A DNA stretch of 64,000 nucleotides from Somniosus microcephalus (taxonomy: Eukaryota), in assembly GCA_052327205.1 (NCBI GenBank), contig CM126210.1, forward strand, positions 184,264,001 to 184,328,000, read 5' to 3'. The translations under genes and the position numbers were made by a program. How positions within the stretch are numbered: the first letter of the stretch is position 1; each line of letters starts with the position of its first letter. The notes under the pieces were generated by a model. The model saw only the letters and a list, made by a program, of their open reading frames with translations, was not told where the DNA came from and ran no database searches. Below, in pieces: positions 1-12,816 of this stretch.

Positions 1-585
1 TGGAAGCACACATTAGTATACAAGCACATAACTGATATGCATAAACAAATTTAGGTACGCTGGAGCAACACAGTACATTTGGCATGTAACTTACCAAACA
101 CGTGGAAACACAGCTTACTGTGAATATACATTTAGCAAACTGGAAGGCATTCTCTTTAAATTAGCCCTGTACATAGTGCATCAAAATACAGCTACAAGTT
201 AACCAGCTAGACAGAGAGCGAGCACTTCACGGCTAGCTGTGTAAGTTTGCTTACAAAGAAAAGTTACAAACTAAACATTTTCTGCAAAATATAGTGTACA
301 CTAATCATCTATAATATTCTCAAGTACTTACAGACAAATAGTGTCCAAGGCTGAAGCGTGACAACAATATAACTTCCCAGACCATGTGTGGCTGCAGATC
401 TGTGATATACAGTAGTTTACTTTACTGCACTTTACTGTGCTTTACTGCACTTTACTGTGCTTTGCTGCAGTTGCTAGGTACCAAATATCCACTAGGTGGC
501 GGCACACAATGGGAATCGACCCAAATTACTCAAACCCCTGAATTAACTGGAAAACTAACATAAATTCCTAAAGAAAGACAGCACA
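1..585 (-). mobile_element. Unclassified insertion, probably an LTR end, truncating the CR1 ORF2
   Basis: CR1 RT reading stops abruptly after ...ESIIKD; the adjoining sequence starts TGTG on the minus strand; the other end is outside the window. Confidence 0.35.
421..470. repeat. 10-bp tandem repeat (tttactgcac/tttactgtgc) x5
   Basis: Directly visible. Confidence 0.9.
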
Positions 586-2290
586 TATATCCTTAATAAT
601 GGACTCCAACATTTTGCCAACCACAGATGTTAGGCTAACTGGTCTATAGTTTCCAGCTTTTTGTCTACTTCCCTTCTTAAATAAGGGTGTTACATTAGCA
701 GTTTTCCAATCTGCCGGGACCTTTCCTGAGTCCAGGGATTTCTGGAAAATGATCACCAATGCATCCACAATCCCTACCGCCACTTCTCTCAAGACCCTAG
801 GATGTAGGTCATCAGGTCCGGGGGATTTATCCGCCTTAAGTCCCATTATTTTACTGAGTACCATCTCCTTAGTGATTTTAATTGTGTTTAGCTCCTCCCC
901 CCCCCATTGCCCCCTGTTTGTCCAGTGTTCGGATATTTTTAGTGTCCTCTACTGTAAAGACTGATACAAAATATTTGTTCAGCGTCTTTGCCATCTCCAT
1001 GTTCCCCACCACTAGTTTCCCGGTCCCATCCTCTAAGGGACCAACGTTCACTTTAGCCACCCTTTTTCTTTTTATATAGCTGTAGAAACTCTTGCTATCT
1101 GTTTTTATATTTTTTGCTAGTTTACTTTCATAATCTATCTTCCCTTTCTTAATTAATCTTTTAGTTATTGTTTGCTGGCTTTTAAATGCTTCCCAATCTT
1201 CTATCCTCCCACGAGATTTGGCTAATTTATATGCCCTTGTTTTCAGTCGAATACTATCCTTTATTACTTTACTAAGCCATGGATGGCTGTCTTTTCTTTT
1301 ACTCCCCTTTTTCCTCAGTGGAATATATTTATCTTGAAAGATGTGAAATATCTCCTTGAATGTAGACCACTGCTCTTGTACCATCTTACACTTTAATCTG
1401 TTTTCCCAGTCCACTTTAGTCAATTCTACTCTCATACCTTCATAGTCTCCTTTATTTAAGCTCAGTACGCTGGTTTGAGATCCAACTCTCTCACCCTCAA
1501 ACTGAATTTGGAATTCAACCATATTATGGTCACTCATTCGAAGGGGATCCTTTACTAGGACATTTTTTATTAATCCTGTCTCATTACACAGGACCAGATC
1601 TAAGATTGCCTGCCCCCTGGTTGGTTCAGTTACATATTGCTCAAGGAACCCATCCCTAATACACTCTATGAACTCTTCCTCAATGCTGCCATGCCCAATT
1701 TGATTAGTCCAGTCAATATGAAAGTTAAAATTCCCCATGATTATAGCTGTTCCCTTATTAGAAGCCCCAACTATTTCCTGATTTATACTCCGACCAACAG
1801 AGTTGCAACTGTTAGGAGGCCTATAGACTATGCCCACTGGTGACTTTTTCCCCTTATTATTCCTTATCTCCACCCAAACTGTTTCACTATCCTGATCCTT
1901 TGACCCAATATCATTTCTGACTCTTGCAGTGATTCCATCCTTGATTAACATAGCAACCCCACCTCCCTTTCCTTCCTGTCTGTCCTTACTAATTGTCAAA
2001 TACCCTTGTATGTTTAGTTCCCATTCATGATTATCTTGCAGCCATGTTTCCGTAATGGCCACCAGATCATACCCATGTGTAGTTATTTGCACCGTCAACT
2101 CGTCAATTTTGTTACGAATGCTGCGTGCATTCAGATAAAGAACTTTCAAATATGTTTTCTGACAATTTATTCCTGCTTTTACCCCTTTTACTACTTTACC
2201 TTTATCATTATACATTCTGTCCCTTCCTGACATGCTCTGGTTTTTAATTCCCCCACTGCTACCTTGCTCTATTGCCTTCTCCGCTGTCAT
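586..2290 (-). pseudogene. CR1 ORF2 (APE endonuclease, linker, RT N-terminus); frameshift at poly-C ~896-906
   Basis: YLNARSI, ITETWL, GIVYRPP, ILDLVL, SDHN endonuclease motifs; continues in ORF 568..864. Confidence 0.93.
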
Positions 2291-2328
2291 TTTTATTTTT
2301 AGCTCTCTTAAAACCTCCCCCCCACTAA

Positions 2329-3279
2329 TTAGTTTAAAGCCCTCTCTACAGCCCTAGTTATTCGATTCGCCAGGATTCTAGTCCCAGCACTGGCCAAGTG
2401 AAGTCCGTCCCACCGGAACAGCTCTCGCCTGTCCCAGTACTGATGCCAGTGTCCCAGGAAGCAAAACCCATTTCTCCCACACCAGTCTTTGAGCCACGCA
2501 TTTAACTCTCTAATTTTATTCACCCTAGCCAAATTTGCACGTGGCTCAGGTAGTAATCCAGAGATTATTACCCTTGTGGTTCTGCTTTTTAATTTGGCCC
2601 CTAGCTGCTCAAACTCCCTCAGCAGAACCTCCTTCCTTGTCCTATCTATGTCGTTGGTACCAACATGGACCACGACAACTGGATCCTCCCCCTCCAAGTT
2701 TCTCTCCAGCCCAGAGGAGATGTCCTTAACCCTGGCACTGGGCAGGCAACACAGCCTTTGGGACTCTCGCTCTCAGCTGCAAAGAACTCTATCTATCCCC
2801 CTAACGATACTATCCCCTACCACTACAACATTTCTTTTAACTTCCCCCACTTGAATGGCCCCCTGCTCCACGGTGCTGTGGCCAGGTTGCTCATCCTCCC
2901 CGCAGTCCCCGTTCCCATCCTCACAGGGAGTAAGAGCCTCGAACCTGTTGGACAAGAGCGAGGGCTGCGGCTGCTCCAACACTACCTCCTGGATCCCCGT
3001 ACCTGCCTCACTTCTAGTCACACCATCCTGACCCTGGCCACGGACTACATCTGAATTAATTAATCTAATTGGTGTGATTACCTCCTGATACACAGAGTCC
3101 AGGTAACTCTCCCCCTCCTTGATGTGCCTCAGTGTTTGAAGCTCGGACTCCAGCTCTTCAACACGGAGCTGGAATTCCTCGAGCAGCCAACACTTACTGC
3201 AAATGTGATCACCGTGAGCATCAATGGTGTCCACCAGCTCCCACATATTGCAGCAGCAACACATCGCCTGATCTCCCAT
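2329..3279 (-). pseudogene. CR1 ORF1 (zinc finger/leucine zipper + SGNH esterase); one in-frame TGA at 2773-2775
   Basis: CxxC...CSKC, heptad LRVEELESELQTL, VVVGDSIVR, VHVGTND, DGLHL. Confidence 0.92.
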
Positions 3280-3501
3280 TCTATGTAATTAATTAAATTT
3301 ATTAATATTATTTTTAAATACCCTCTGCCCCGATTCTAGATGATGAATATTGCACCTTAGAAACTATAAACCACAGAGTTTAAGCTTAAAAAGAGAGAAA
3401 TACTTACCAACCAATCACTTACCCACTTTCTGATGACGTCACACTTGGATTACTTTTTACCTCTCTCCTTCCCTCTGACTTCGGAGACTGGAGATTGGTA
3501 C

Positions 3502-3682
3502 GCCTTAACTGGGTCTCTGAAGCCTTTTTAAGCTTCCCGCTCGCGCCTCCCGCCGACACTCGCGGTGTGAGGCCTTACCTGGGTCTCTGAAGCCTTTTTA
3601 AGCTTCCCGCTCGCGCCTCCCGCCGACACCCGCAGTCTGAGGCCTTACGTGGGTCTCTGAAGCCTTTTTAAGCTTCCCGCTC
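3502..3682 (-). repeat. 70-bp tandem monomers (~2.5 copies) at the CR1 5' end
   Basis: gggtctctgaagcctttttaagcttcccgctc at 3511, 3581 and 3651. Confidence 0.9.
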
Positions 3683-3898
3683 CACAGAGCAGAATAACAT
3701 CGGGGCACGGCGGGATCAGAGAGAGTAAATAACAACCCTCAATTTTATCTGCTGCCACTGCACCGCCACCTCCCGCCCACCCAGCCCGTCTCGTCCGATT
3801 ATCACCAGCCAGGAGGGAGTTAAAAGCAGGGCCAACATAATATAAAGGAGGCATCAGATAATAGATGTGAACTACCTTATGTGTAGCCTGCAGGAGTT

Positions 3899-4501
3899 TT
3901 CTGGAGACGCTCCATGGCATCAGTTTACCACTTGACAATAAGGCACATTCCATTCCATAGCCAGTGAAATGTGAGATAAACTCCACACTGCTGTACATGA
4001 GGCCAAAAGTTTGAAGTCTACTGATTAGAAACAGGATCCACACAGATAAAATCAGCTCATCAGGGATTTTAGAAATGATTTTTTTATCGGCCTGAGTTAT
4101 TAAATCAACAGTAAGCTAGCTATCATTCTTCCTATTTAATTTCCTGCAGCCAGTTGAGTTATGTGTATGTTTCTTTGGTGCTTTCTCTCATACCTGGTGT
4201 CAGAATTGAAATTGGTCTTAAGAATGAGAGTTTGGTGGTTGCGCAAGAATGTACAGGAAATTAATTTTTCGAGCACTTAACTTTTGGAATTAACTAACTT
4301 GAGTTAAGCCTGATTCTAAGTGTTGCGAAATTAGTCACACTACGAAGCCTTTGAACATTAAATTGTGCTTTATAAAAATTTTAAGCTGATCATTAAGCCT
4401 CATGTACAGCAGTGTGGCGTCTGCCTCACATTTCACTGGCTATGGAATGGAATGTGCCTCATTGTCAAGTGGTAAGCTGATGCCATGGAGTGTCTCCGGA
4501 A
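3899..4501. repeat. ~105-bp inverted repeat pair (3899-4003 / 4397-4501) around a ~390-bp AT-rich spacer
   Basis: ctccatggcatcagtttaccacttgacaat...gtacatgaggc is the near reverse complement of gcctcatgtac...attgtcaagtggtaagctgatgccatggag. Confidence 0.85.
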
Positions 4502-4724
4502 CAGGAAAATAACATTTGGATTAACAATCCTGTCCCTTTTTGTTAGATCAATGCTACCTACCCTCCTTCAATCTGTTTTCTCACAATCTGATTGCCTTAT
4601 GAACCCAGTTTTCCTGCCTACTTCAATAGCTTGGCTAATAACGTGTCACACAAGTTTAATAATCCTTTACCCTTTCGTATATAAAAATTCCGACCTTGAT
4701 TATAACTCAGTTAAAATCAGGGGC

Positions 4725-5232
4725 AGTTAAGAAGCAGCGGGGGACTTACCCATTACTTTCCCAACCCGATCTGGCCAACTGTAATTTAAAATTGCAGGCA
4801 GCACAGCCACAGGCCCCAAGTTGATGAGGTCCTCTATAAATATGCTAATTACGACATCAGAGCCCGATCTGCCATTTTAACCTGAGGCCTGAGCAGGGGC
4901 TTCATGCTTCGAACTCACCCATTCCCTCCTCCCCCTTGACGGGGATTCCCCTCTCGCAGCCCTCCGATGGACCTACCTTGTGCCGGGGACCATTCCGCAG
5001 CTCCCCGGCAGCGATCTCATGCCGCTCAAATTCCCCCTCCCGCCCGTCGGCCAGGCAGTGATTCCTGCTGAGTTTGGGTGGGTGTCCAATCTCGCATATG
5101 TAAATGAGGCCCAGGAGCTAAAATCTCTCCGGGCCTCGGCATGCGAGCTTGTAGCTCACCCTATTTCCCCTACCCCACACCCCCCACACAATGTCCCAAT
5201 CCCAATCCCACTGCAAGGTAAATTCAAGGCCT
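4725..5232. mobile_element. Probable Harbinger-type MITE remnant (right part)
   Basis: GC-rich; ends aaattcaaggcc like other TIRs in the window; left TIR not found. Confidence 0.35.
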
Positions 5233-5419
5233 CTGATTTACTTTACCTCTTATTCCGAGCTTCCTAATTTTTAACTTGTGCATTTGAATCATTCACCACA
5301 GTGAACAATTTACCTGAATCAACTTTGTCAAAACATTTCACAACCTTGACCATAAATTGATGAATTCTTCTTCTTATTAGCCACATCACTAACTTTGAGC
5401 AGATTGTTGGTTCTTAAGG

Positions 5420-5930
5420 CAGTTAGTGTGAAAGAGCTGGGTGCTCTGCAATGAATAACTCACATCCTGGTCCCTCAAAGCCTCTCCATTATCTATAGGG
5501 CTCAGGTCATGAGTGTGATGGAATACTCACCATGCGCCTTGACGGGGGCAACTGCAACAACACTCAAGAACCTTGACACCATCCAGAACAGAGCAGTACT
5601 ATGTATTATCTATGGGTGCACCACAGTTACTTTGACAGCACTTCCCAGCCCTGCAATTTCTGCCACTGTGGACAAGAGCAGGAATGTCATGGGAACACCA
5701 TCACCTCCAATTTCCCTTCAAATCAACACCATCCTGACTTTGGACATATGTTACGCTTCCTTCGTCATCATTGGGTCAGAATCTTGGAATTAGCGTTCCT
5801 ACGATAGTGTTAGAAAGGTATCAGCACAAAGAAAGCAGCAGTTATAGGAAAAGGCCCACCACTATCTCAGGGAAACTAGGAATGTATATTAAATGTAGCC
5901 TTGCCAGTGTCAACTACATCCCAAGAACAC
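5420..5930 (+). mobile_element. Degenerate 3' end of a CR1/L2-group LINE
   Basis: YRAQVMSVMEYSP...LKNLDTIQNRA resembles the post-RT region of CR1-group ORF2. Confidence 0.6.
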
Positions 5931-6108
5931 TTTTTTTCAAAAAATACCCTCCTGCGAGCAATAGCAGTAAATGTGAAGCTGCTCCAGGTTCTCAGGTCAA
6001 AGACCAACCATAGACTGAAAAGTGAACAGAAGCATCAACGATCGGCTACTTTCTTTGTACATGTAGATTGTGGATGGCCCTTTACCATTGGATTACAAAA
6101 GATGGTAT

Positions 6109-6478
6109 TGTGGCGGAGCCACTGAATGACTCTGGGCAACTGTACATAATTCCCTTTAACGATGTTCTAACACCAGCCTAAGCCTGTGCCATTGTGTTAG
6201 ACATTACTTTGTTTTGTATATAGTGTTTGTATGCACGGGGCGTGGCCCCTTTAAGAGCATGGGAAAACGCGGGCAAACGCGATGACGTCACGTCGCAAAC
6301 CACGTGACTGCCCAGGCAGTCCTCGTGGAATCTCCATCTTGTTAAGACCTGTTTTCGTGGTTCTCCTGTATCGATCTCATCAAACTGTTTGAACTCGTTT
6401 AGTCTTACATTAAAGACCTGTTTGATTGATCTCCTGAGTCGACCTCAGTTATTAGTTAGGAATTCGTCAATTCCTACA
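6109..6478 (+). repeat. 5' LTR
   Basis: Near-identical to 10345-10698 apart from a 16-bp indel and a few substitutions. Confidence 0.97.
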
Positions 6479-6525
6479 TTGGCGACCCCATTTTTTGTGA
6501 ACGTTTTTCACAATAAGGACACAGC

Positions 6526-9500
6526 ATGGGGGCCAATGCCATTTCGCTGAAGCTACCGCAGTTCTGGGAGCAGCAAGCGACCTCGTGGTTCATTCAGGTC
6601 GAGGCCCAATTCGTCCTGAGGGACATCGCTGCGGATCAGACCAAATATCTCTATGTGGTCTCCGCACTCGACAGCTCTACCGCCTCGTGGATCGTCAGCC
6701 TCCTCGAGAACCCTCCAAGGGAGCGCAAGTATGAAACCCTCAAGGCGCGATTGCTGCAAGTTTTCGGGCTCACTAAAGCGGAACGTGCCCGTTGATTGCT
6801 TGCTATGCCCGGGCTCGGGGACTCCAAGCCTTCGGAGTTAATGAGACAAATGCTCACACTCCTTGGCTCCGAACCGGAATGCTTCCTATTCCGTGAAATA
6901 TTCCTCAGCCAGCTACCGGAACAGGTGCAAGCCGCCCTGGCCAGATCCAAAGTTGAGGACTGCACAGCACTCGCGGCAGAGGTGGACAAAATTTTCACGG
7001 TTACTCAGCAGTACTGCGCCGCCACGAGGTGCCCATCCCCCACAGATGCCGCCCCAGCTCGTCAGCCTGCTGGGCTGTGTTTCTACCACGCGCAGTTCAG
7101 CGCGAAAGTGAGACGTTGCCACCCTCCCTGCAGCTTCTCCCAAAAAAAACAACTACGACCACCGAGGAACGGGTCTAACGGGCGCCCCGCGGCCGCGATG
7201 GCGATCGGCAATGCAGGCAAGTTGCTGTTTATCACCGATACTCTCTCCGGTCGTCGTTTTCTGTGCGACACCGGGGCGCAGTGCAGCATATTACCCGCAT
7301 CCGCCCTCGATGTGCAGACCGGAATTAACGGCCTCGCCCTTGAAGCGGCCAATGGCGGAGCAATTCGGACCTTCGGCAGACGGCGGGTGCAGTTGTGTTT
7401 CGGGGGCCAACGTTTTTACTGGGAGTTTGTGACAGCCAAGGTTTCGCAACCCACTCTCGGCGCGGATTTCTTGTGCGCCAACAGCCTTCTGGTTGACGTG
7501 AGGAACCGACGGTTGATCAACGCGGCAACTTTTCATTCTATCCCTTGTTACCGCAGTAACACTGCATCGCGCACCATCGCCTGTGCTTTTCCGCCTCCGG
7601 AGGAGTTCGCTCGCCTGCTCGGCGAATTCCCTGACCTGACAAGACCCACGTTCTCCTCCACAGCCACGAAACATGGTGTGGAACACCACATCACCACGAA
7701 CGACCCCTCCGGTCTACGTGCGGGCCCGGCGCCTGGAACCCGGCAAGCTGGCGGTCGCAAAAGCGGAGTGCGCGACCATGGAATGGTTAGGGATTATTTG
7801 CCAGTCGAATAGTCCCTGGTCTTCACCCCTCCACATCGTCCCGAAGCCTGGCGGCAGTTGGCGGCCATGCGGCGACTATCGACGCCTAAACGATGCCACC
7901 ACTCCTGATCGGTACCCAATCCCCCACATCCAGGATTTCTCCACCCATTTGGCAGCGAACACAGTCTTCTCAAAAGTCGACCTCGTCCGGGGCTACCACC
8001 AGGTCCCCGTTCATCCCCAAGACGTCCAGAAGACTGCAGTCATCACCCCATTCGGCCTTTTCGAGTTTTTAAGAATGCCGTTTGGGTTAAAGAACGCCGC
8101 CCAGGCTTTCCAACGCCTGATGGACTCCATGCTGCGGGACCTCAAGTTCCTCTTCGTCTACCTGGACGATATTCTCATTGCCATTCCCACTAAAGAAGAA
8201 CACATCTGTCACCTTCGCACCCTTTTTCAACGTCTCAGCCAACATGGCCTGATTATCAATCCGGCCAAGTGTCAGTTTGGCCAGCAACAAATTGATTTCC
8301 TGGGGCATCGCATCACTTCAGAGGGAGCGGTTCCTTTACAAGCGAAGGTAGAGGCGGTGACGTCCTTTCCACGCCCGCAAACCATTAAGGCCCTGCAGGA
8401 ATTCCTAGGCATGGTAAACTTTTACCACCGTTTCGTGCCTAAGGCAGCACTACTCATGCAGCCCCTGTACGAGGCCCTCAAGGGCAAGACTGGCAAAGAT
8501 ACGGTAGACTGAACGGTTGACATGGCCCGGGCGTTCGCCGACACCAAAAGCGCCTTAGCCAATGCGACTATGCTGGCGCACCCGCTGCCAGGAGCCACCA
8601 TCGCCCTCACCACCGACGCGTCAGACTACGCAATCGGCGCCGTGCAAGAGCAGTGGGTGAACAGGATGTGGCAGCTGTTGGCATTCTTCAGCCGTCAACT
8701 ACGGTGGAACGAGAGAGCGTATAGCACGTTCGACCGGGAGTTGCTCGCTCTTTTTCTGGCCATCCGCCATTTTCGCTTCCCCCTGGAAGGACGTCCCTTC
8801 ACCGCCTTCGTGGACCATAAGCCGCTCACCTTCACCATGGCCAAGACCGCCGAACCGTGGTCATCCCGACAGCAACGTCAACTGACCTACATATCCGAGT
8901 TCACCACAGATATACAGCACGTGGCCGGTAAGGACAACCTGGTGGCCGACTGCCTCTCCCGCGCGACTGTCAATACGGTTCATTTAGGCATCGATTACGC
9001 CCTCATGGCAGCGGATCAAGCCTCAGACCCAGAAGTCCAGGCCTACAGAACCACCGTCACTGGCCTCCAGTTGGCCGACGTCAAGTTCCATGCGGCAGGT
9101 AACACGCTCTTGTGTGACATCTCCGTACGGAACCCTCGCCCTGTCGTACCGGCCGTCTGGCGCCGCAAAGTGTTCGACGCCATACATGGGTTGTCACACC
9201 CAGGAATGAAGGCCTCTCAGAAGCTGATGTCAGCGAAATTCGTATGGCACGGCATGCACAAAGATGTCCGCGACTGGACCAACACCTGCGTGGTCTGCCA
9301 AAAAGCCAAAGTACAGCGTCACATCAAAGCTACATTGGCCACCTTCACAGTGCCACAGCGACGGTTTGACCATGTCAATGTGGACCTGGTGGGTCCACTC
9401 CCACCCTCCCATGGTTTTTCACACATCCTGACCATGGTTGACCGCACCACCAGATGGCCAGAGGCGGTTCCCCTATCATCCACTACTTTGGCAGACGTGG

Positions 9501-10330
9501 CCAGGGCGTTCATTTCCACCTGGGTCGCCCGTTTCGGAGTGCCCGCTGATATTTCTTCAGACAGGGGACCACAGTTTTCCTCTGAACTCTGGAATGCAGT
9601 GGCCCAAGGACTCGGTGTCAAATTACACCGCACCACAGCCTACCACCCACAGGTGAATGGTCTCTGTGAACGTTTCCACCGGTCACTGAAAGCCTCCCTG
9701 AGGGCCAGCCTCCAGGACGCTGGATGGGCAGATAAGCTACCGTGGGTCCTGTTGGGCCTTCGCACGGCCCCCAAAGAAGACCTTCACTCTTCATCCGCGG
9801 AGCTGGTGTACGGTCAACCGCTGTGAGTCCCAGGGGATTTCCTACCAGAATCGGCGAAGCCTTGGTCCGCGTCTGACCAGCTTACTAGTCACCAAGAGGC
9901 GGCCAGATGTTTCGCGCCAGTGCCCACTTCGCACCACGGGCTGCAGAGTTTGCACTTTCCAACGGAGCTTCACAAGGCAGAATACGTCTTTATTCGCCAC
10001 GATGCTCATAGGGATCCACTCAAGGCCCCATATACTGGTCCCTTCCGTGTGTTGGAGGCAGGGGACAAAACCTTCAAGGTAGATGTCGGTGGTAAACCGG
10101 ACCACATTTCAGTCGATCGATTAAAGCCGGCACATCTGGACCTCGACCACCCCGTCGAGACAGCACAACCGCCGAGACAAGTTCAGCCGCCCATCGCCGT
10201 TACGGCAGACCAAGCGCAACTGCCCGCCAGACCGCCAGCCGCCCAGCAGCCTCCACCTCAGGAGTACAGGAGTCATTCCGACAGGCTCATCAGACCCTCT
10301 CGCCGTTTGACTTTGTCCGTTAAAGTGAAT
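6526..10330 (+). pseudogene. gag-pol (Gag, protease, RT, RNase H, integrase), disrupted
   Basis: LKLPQFW, CFYHAQF..C..C, LCDTGA, YLDD, TTDASD, HPG..C..C, SDRG, NGLCER; TGA at 6793, 8510, 9824; frameshift near 7700. Confidence 0.95.
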
Positions 10331-10344
10331 TCTGGGGGGGCGCA

Positions 10345-10698
10345 TGTGGCAGAGCCACTGAATGACTCTGGGCAACTGTATATAATTCCCTTTAACGATG
10401 TTCTAACACCAGTGTGTTAGACATTACTTTGTTTTGTACATAGTGTTTGTATGCACGGGGCGTGGCCCCTTTAAGAGCGCGGGAAAACGCGGGCAAACGC
10501 GATGACGTCACGTCGCAAACCACGTGACTGCCCAGGCAGTCCTCATGGAATCTCCATCTTGTTAAGACTTGTTTTCGTGGTTCTCCTATATTGATCTCAT
10601 CAAACTGTTTGAACTCGTTTAGTCTTACATTAAAGACCTGTTTGATTGATCTCCTGAGTCGACCTCAGTTATTAGTTAGGAATTCGTCAATTCCTACA
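10345..10698 (+). repeat. 3' LTR
   Basis: Pairs with 6109-6478. Confidence 0.97.
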
Positions 10699-11188
10699 GT
10701 ATCACAGATGGGAGTGAGCAATAACAATGATAGTTAATTGTTACTATGGTTTTATTCGACACCACATCCTGTTTTAGACTCTGAGGCCCAGCTGTGAGTT
10801 CAATGTTTGTAACCCATTTTACAGGAACCGTTTTCACTGAATGCAAAAGGATCCACACTTAGGTGTTTACAACTTCATTTGAAAAGCCTTAATTGAGGTC
10901 ACCTCAGGTCTGCATTCTCAGCCATTCATCCCTAATATCACTGTACTAAAATCCAGCAGCTGTAAAAAAAAGTCAATGCTCAGTATTGTAGATAAATAAA
11001 AGAAAAAAATAACTTGCATTTCTATAGCACCTTTCAGGACTTCAGGACATCCCAAAGCGCTTTACAGCCAATAAAGTACTTTTGAAGTGTAGTCACTGTT
11101 GTAATGTAGGAAACGCAACAGCCAATTTGTGCACAGCAAGGTACCACAAACAGCAATGTGATAATGATCAGATAATCTTTTTAGTGAT

Positions 11189-11839
11189 ACAATAGTAAAA
11201 TACTGTGGATGTTGGAAATCTGAAATAATAACAGAAAGTGCTGGAAACACTCAGCAGGTCCGGCAGCATCAAGGAGAGAGAAACAGAGTCAACGTTTCAG
11301 GTTGAATCCTTCGTCAGAACTGGAAAAGGTTAGGGAAGAGAGATTTTTAAGCAGGGGCAGGGAGGAGGGGAGGAAAGAACAAAGGGAAGGTCTGTGATGG
11401 GATAGCAGGCAGGAGAGATTGACTGACAAAAGGGATGATGGTGTAAGGCAAAAGGAGAGGTAATGGGACAAGTTAAGAAACAAAAGATGGCTCTAGATGA
11501 GGTGTGAATGATGATGGCAGCAACATTAACAACTACCATGTGAGGAAACAAGAGAGAAAAAAAGAAATACAGGGGCCAATTTATAGTCTGAAATTTTTGA
11601 ATTCGATGTTGAGTCCAGAAGGCTGTAAAGTGCCTAATAGAAAGATGAGGTGCTGTTCCTCGAGCTTACGTTGAGCTTCGTTGGAAAAATGTAAGAGGTC
11701 GAGGATGGAGAGATCAGAGTGGGAGTCGGGGGGAGAATTAAATGACAGGCGGGGTCACGCTTGCAGACTGAACGGAGGTGTTCCACAAAGCAGTCACCCA
11801 ATCTGCGTTTGGTCTCCCCAATGTAGAAGAGACCGCATT
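11189..11839 (-). mobile_element. Penelope-like element 3' fragment (GIY-YIG endonuclease remnant + pseudo-LTR)
   Basis: QCGLFYIGETKRRLGDCFVEHLRSV in ORF 11634..11921; flanked by gtgat/gtgat. Confidence 0.85.
11287..11321 (-). ncRNA. Minimal hammerhead ribozyme motif in Penelope pseudo-LTR
   Basis: Minus strand AGTT-CTGACGA-AGGATTCAACCT-GAAAC-GTT-GACT: core CUGANGA/GAAA, short stem II, palindromic AACGTT. Confidence 0.65.
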
Positions 11840-12787
11840 GTGATGTTGGTTTGATGGATAAACATTGGCCAGGATACCGGGGAGAACGCCCCTGCTCATC
11901 TTCGAAATAGTGCCATGGCATCTTTTACCTCCACCTGAGAGGGTAGGCGAGGCCTCGGTTTAACATCTCATCCGAAAGGCGGCACCTCCGACCATGCAGC
12001 ACTTCCTCAGCACTGCCCTGGAGTGTCAGATTTTGTGCTCAAGTCTTCTCTTATCGGGACCAGCACTTAATATAAGAGCGAAGGAGTAAGGAAAAGTAAT
12101 TGGCAGCAGAAGGTTAGGAACAAACGCCTTACACATACAGCAAACCTAAATGGAATTCAGCCCGCTTAGTTTGTACACTTGCAGCTTTCACAAAGATAAG
12201 TGTAGATGCAGGAGGCTGTTTTGCCCACCCAGCCTAGCCATCCATAGAGACTCAGTTTCCTGCACTTTGGTTTCATTCACTTTCTTTTTCCTTTTCACAT
12301 TGTGCTCCCAGTTTAGCTTAGTTTCTACTTTCAGTTTCAGTTCAGATCCAGCTTTATTTTATGCTTTTTCTTTTGTGTTTAGGGGGCTTGGCAATCAAAT
12401 CCGATAATTCAGCTATTTATTCTTACTCGCATGAATCCATCTCCTTTCCTTCCTCCTTGTTTTTCTGTGTATAGTTGTTCAGCTCACTCAAATACAAAGC
12501 TGTTGAATAGTCACCTTAAAAAAGGAATTCTCTGAACCAGAGCAGCGCATATTCAGAGACTGTGTGTATATATTGCGAGAAAGAAAGACGGCGCCTGTGT
12601 AACACCATTTTTATTTTCATGAATGAGTTAGTAATTGGTCTCAAGAGTGGATAAAACTAACGGGGGAGAAACTGGGCCATGTCGCGCCCGATTCCAGGGG
12701 GTGAAATGAGTGTAACAGGGATAGATTTCGGGTGGCGGTATCCCGCGCCCAATCTTCCCCAGAAGTTCAACAGTCACAATAACTGAA

Positions 12788-12816
12788 TTATTATTATTAT
12801 TATTATTATTATTATT
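12788..12816. repeat. (TTA)n microsatellite
   Basis: Directly visible. Confidence 0.9.

Larger units (their letters stand above)
586..3682 (-). mobile_element. CR1 LINE, 5' half (5'UTR, ORF1, endonuclease, start of RT)
   Basis: ORF1 with zinc finger/leucine zipper and SGNH esterase, followed by APE endonuclease and SPGPDDLHPRVL/NYRPVSLTS motifs. Confidence 0.95.
6109..10698 (+). mobile_element. Full-length Ty3/Gypsy LTR retrotransposon, CsRN1/Kabuki-like
   Basis: TG...CA LTRs 6109-6478 and 10345-10698; 4-bp TSD GTAT/GTAT; PBS TGGCGACCCC (tRNA-Trp-like); G-rich PPT 10334-10340; CHCC Gag knuckle. Confidence 0.97.
11010..12045 (-). mobile_element. Deu-domain SINE (SacSINE1/AmnSINE/SINE3-like) with L2-type tail, split by a Penelope fragment
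   Basis: Minus strand ctgacactccag...gaggtgccgcctttcggatgagatgttaaaccgagg recalls the Deu core; tail aaagcgctttgggatgtcctg...tagaaatgcaagtt. Confidence 0.8.
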
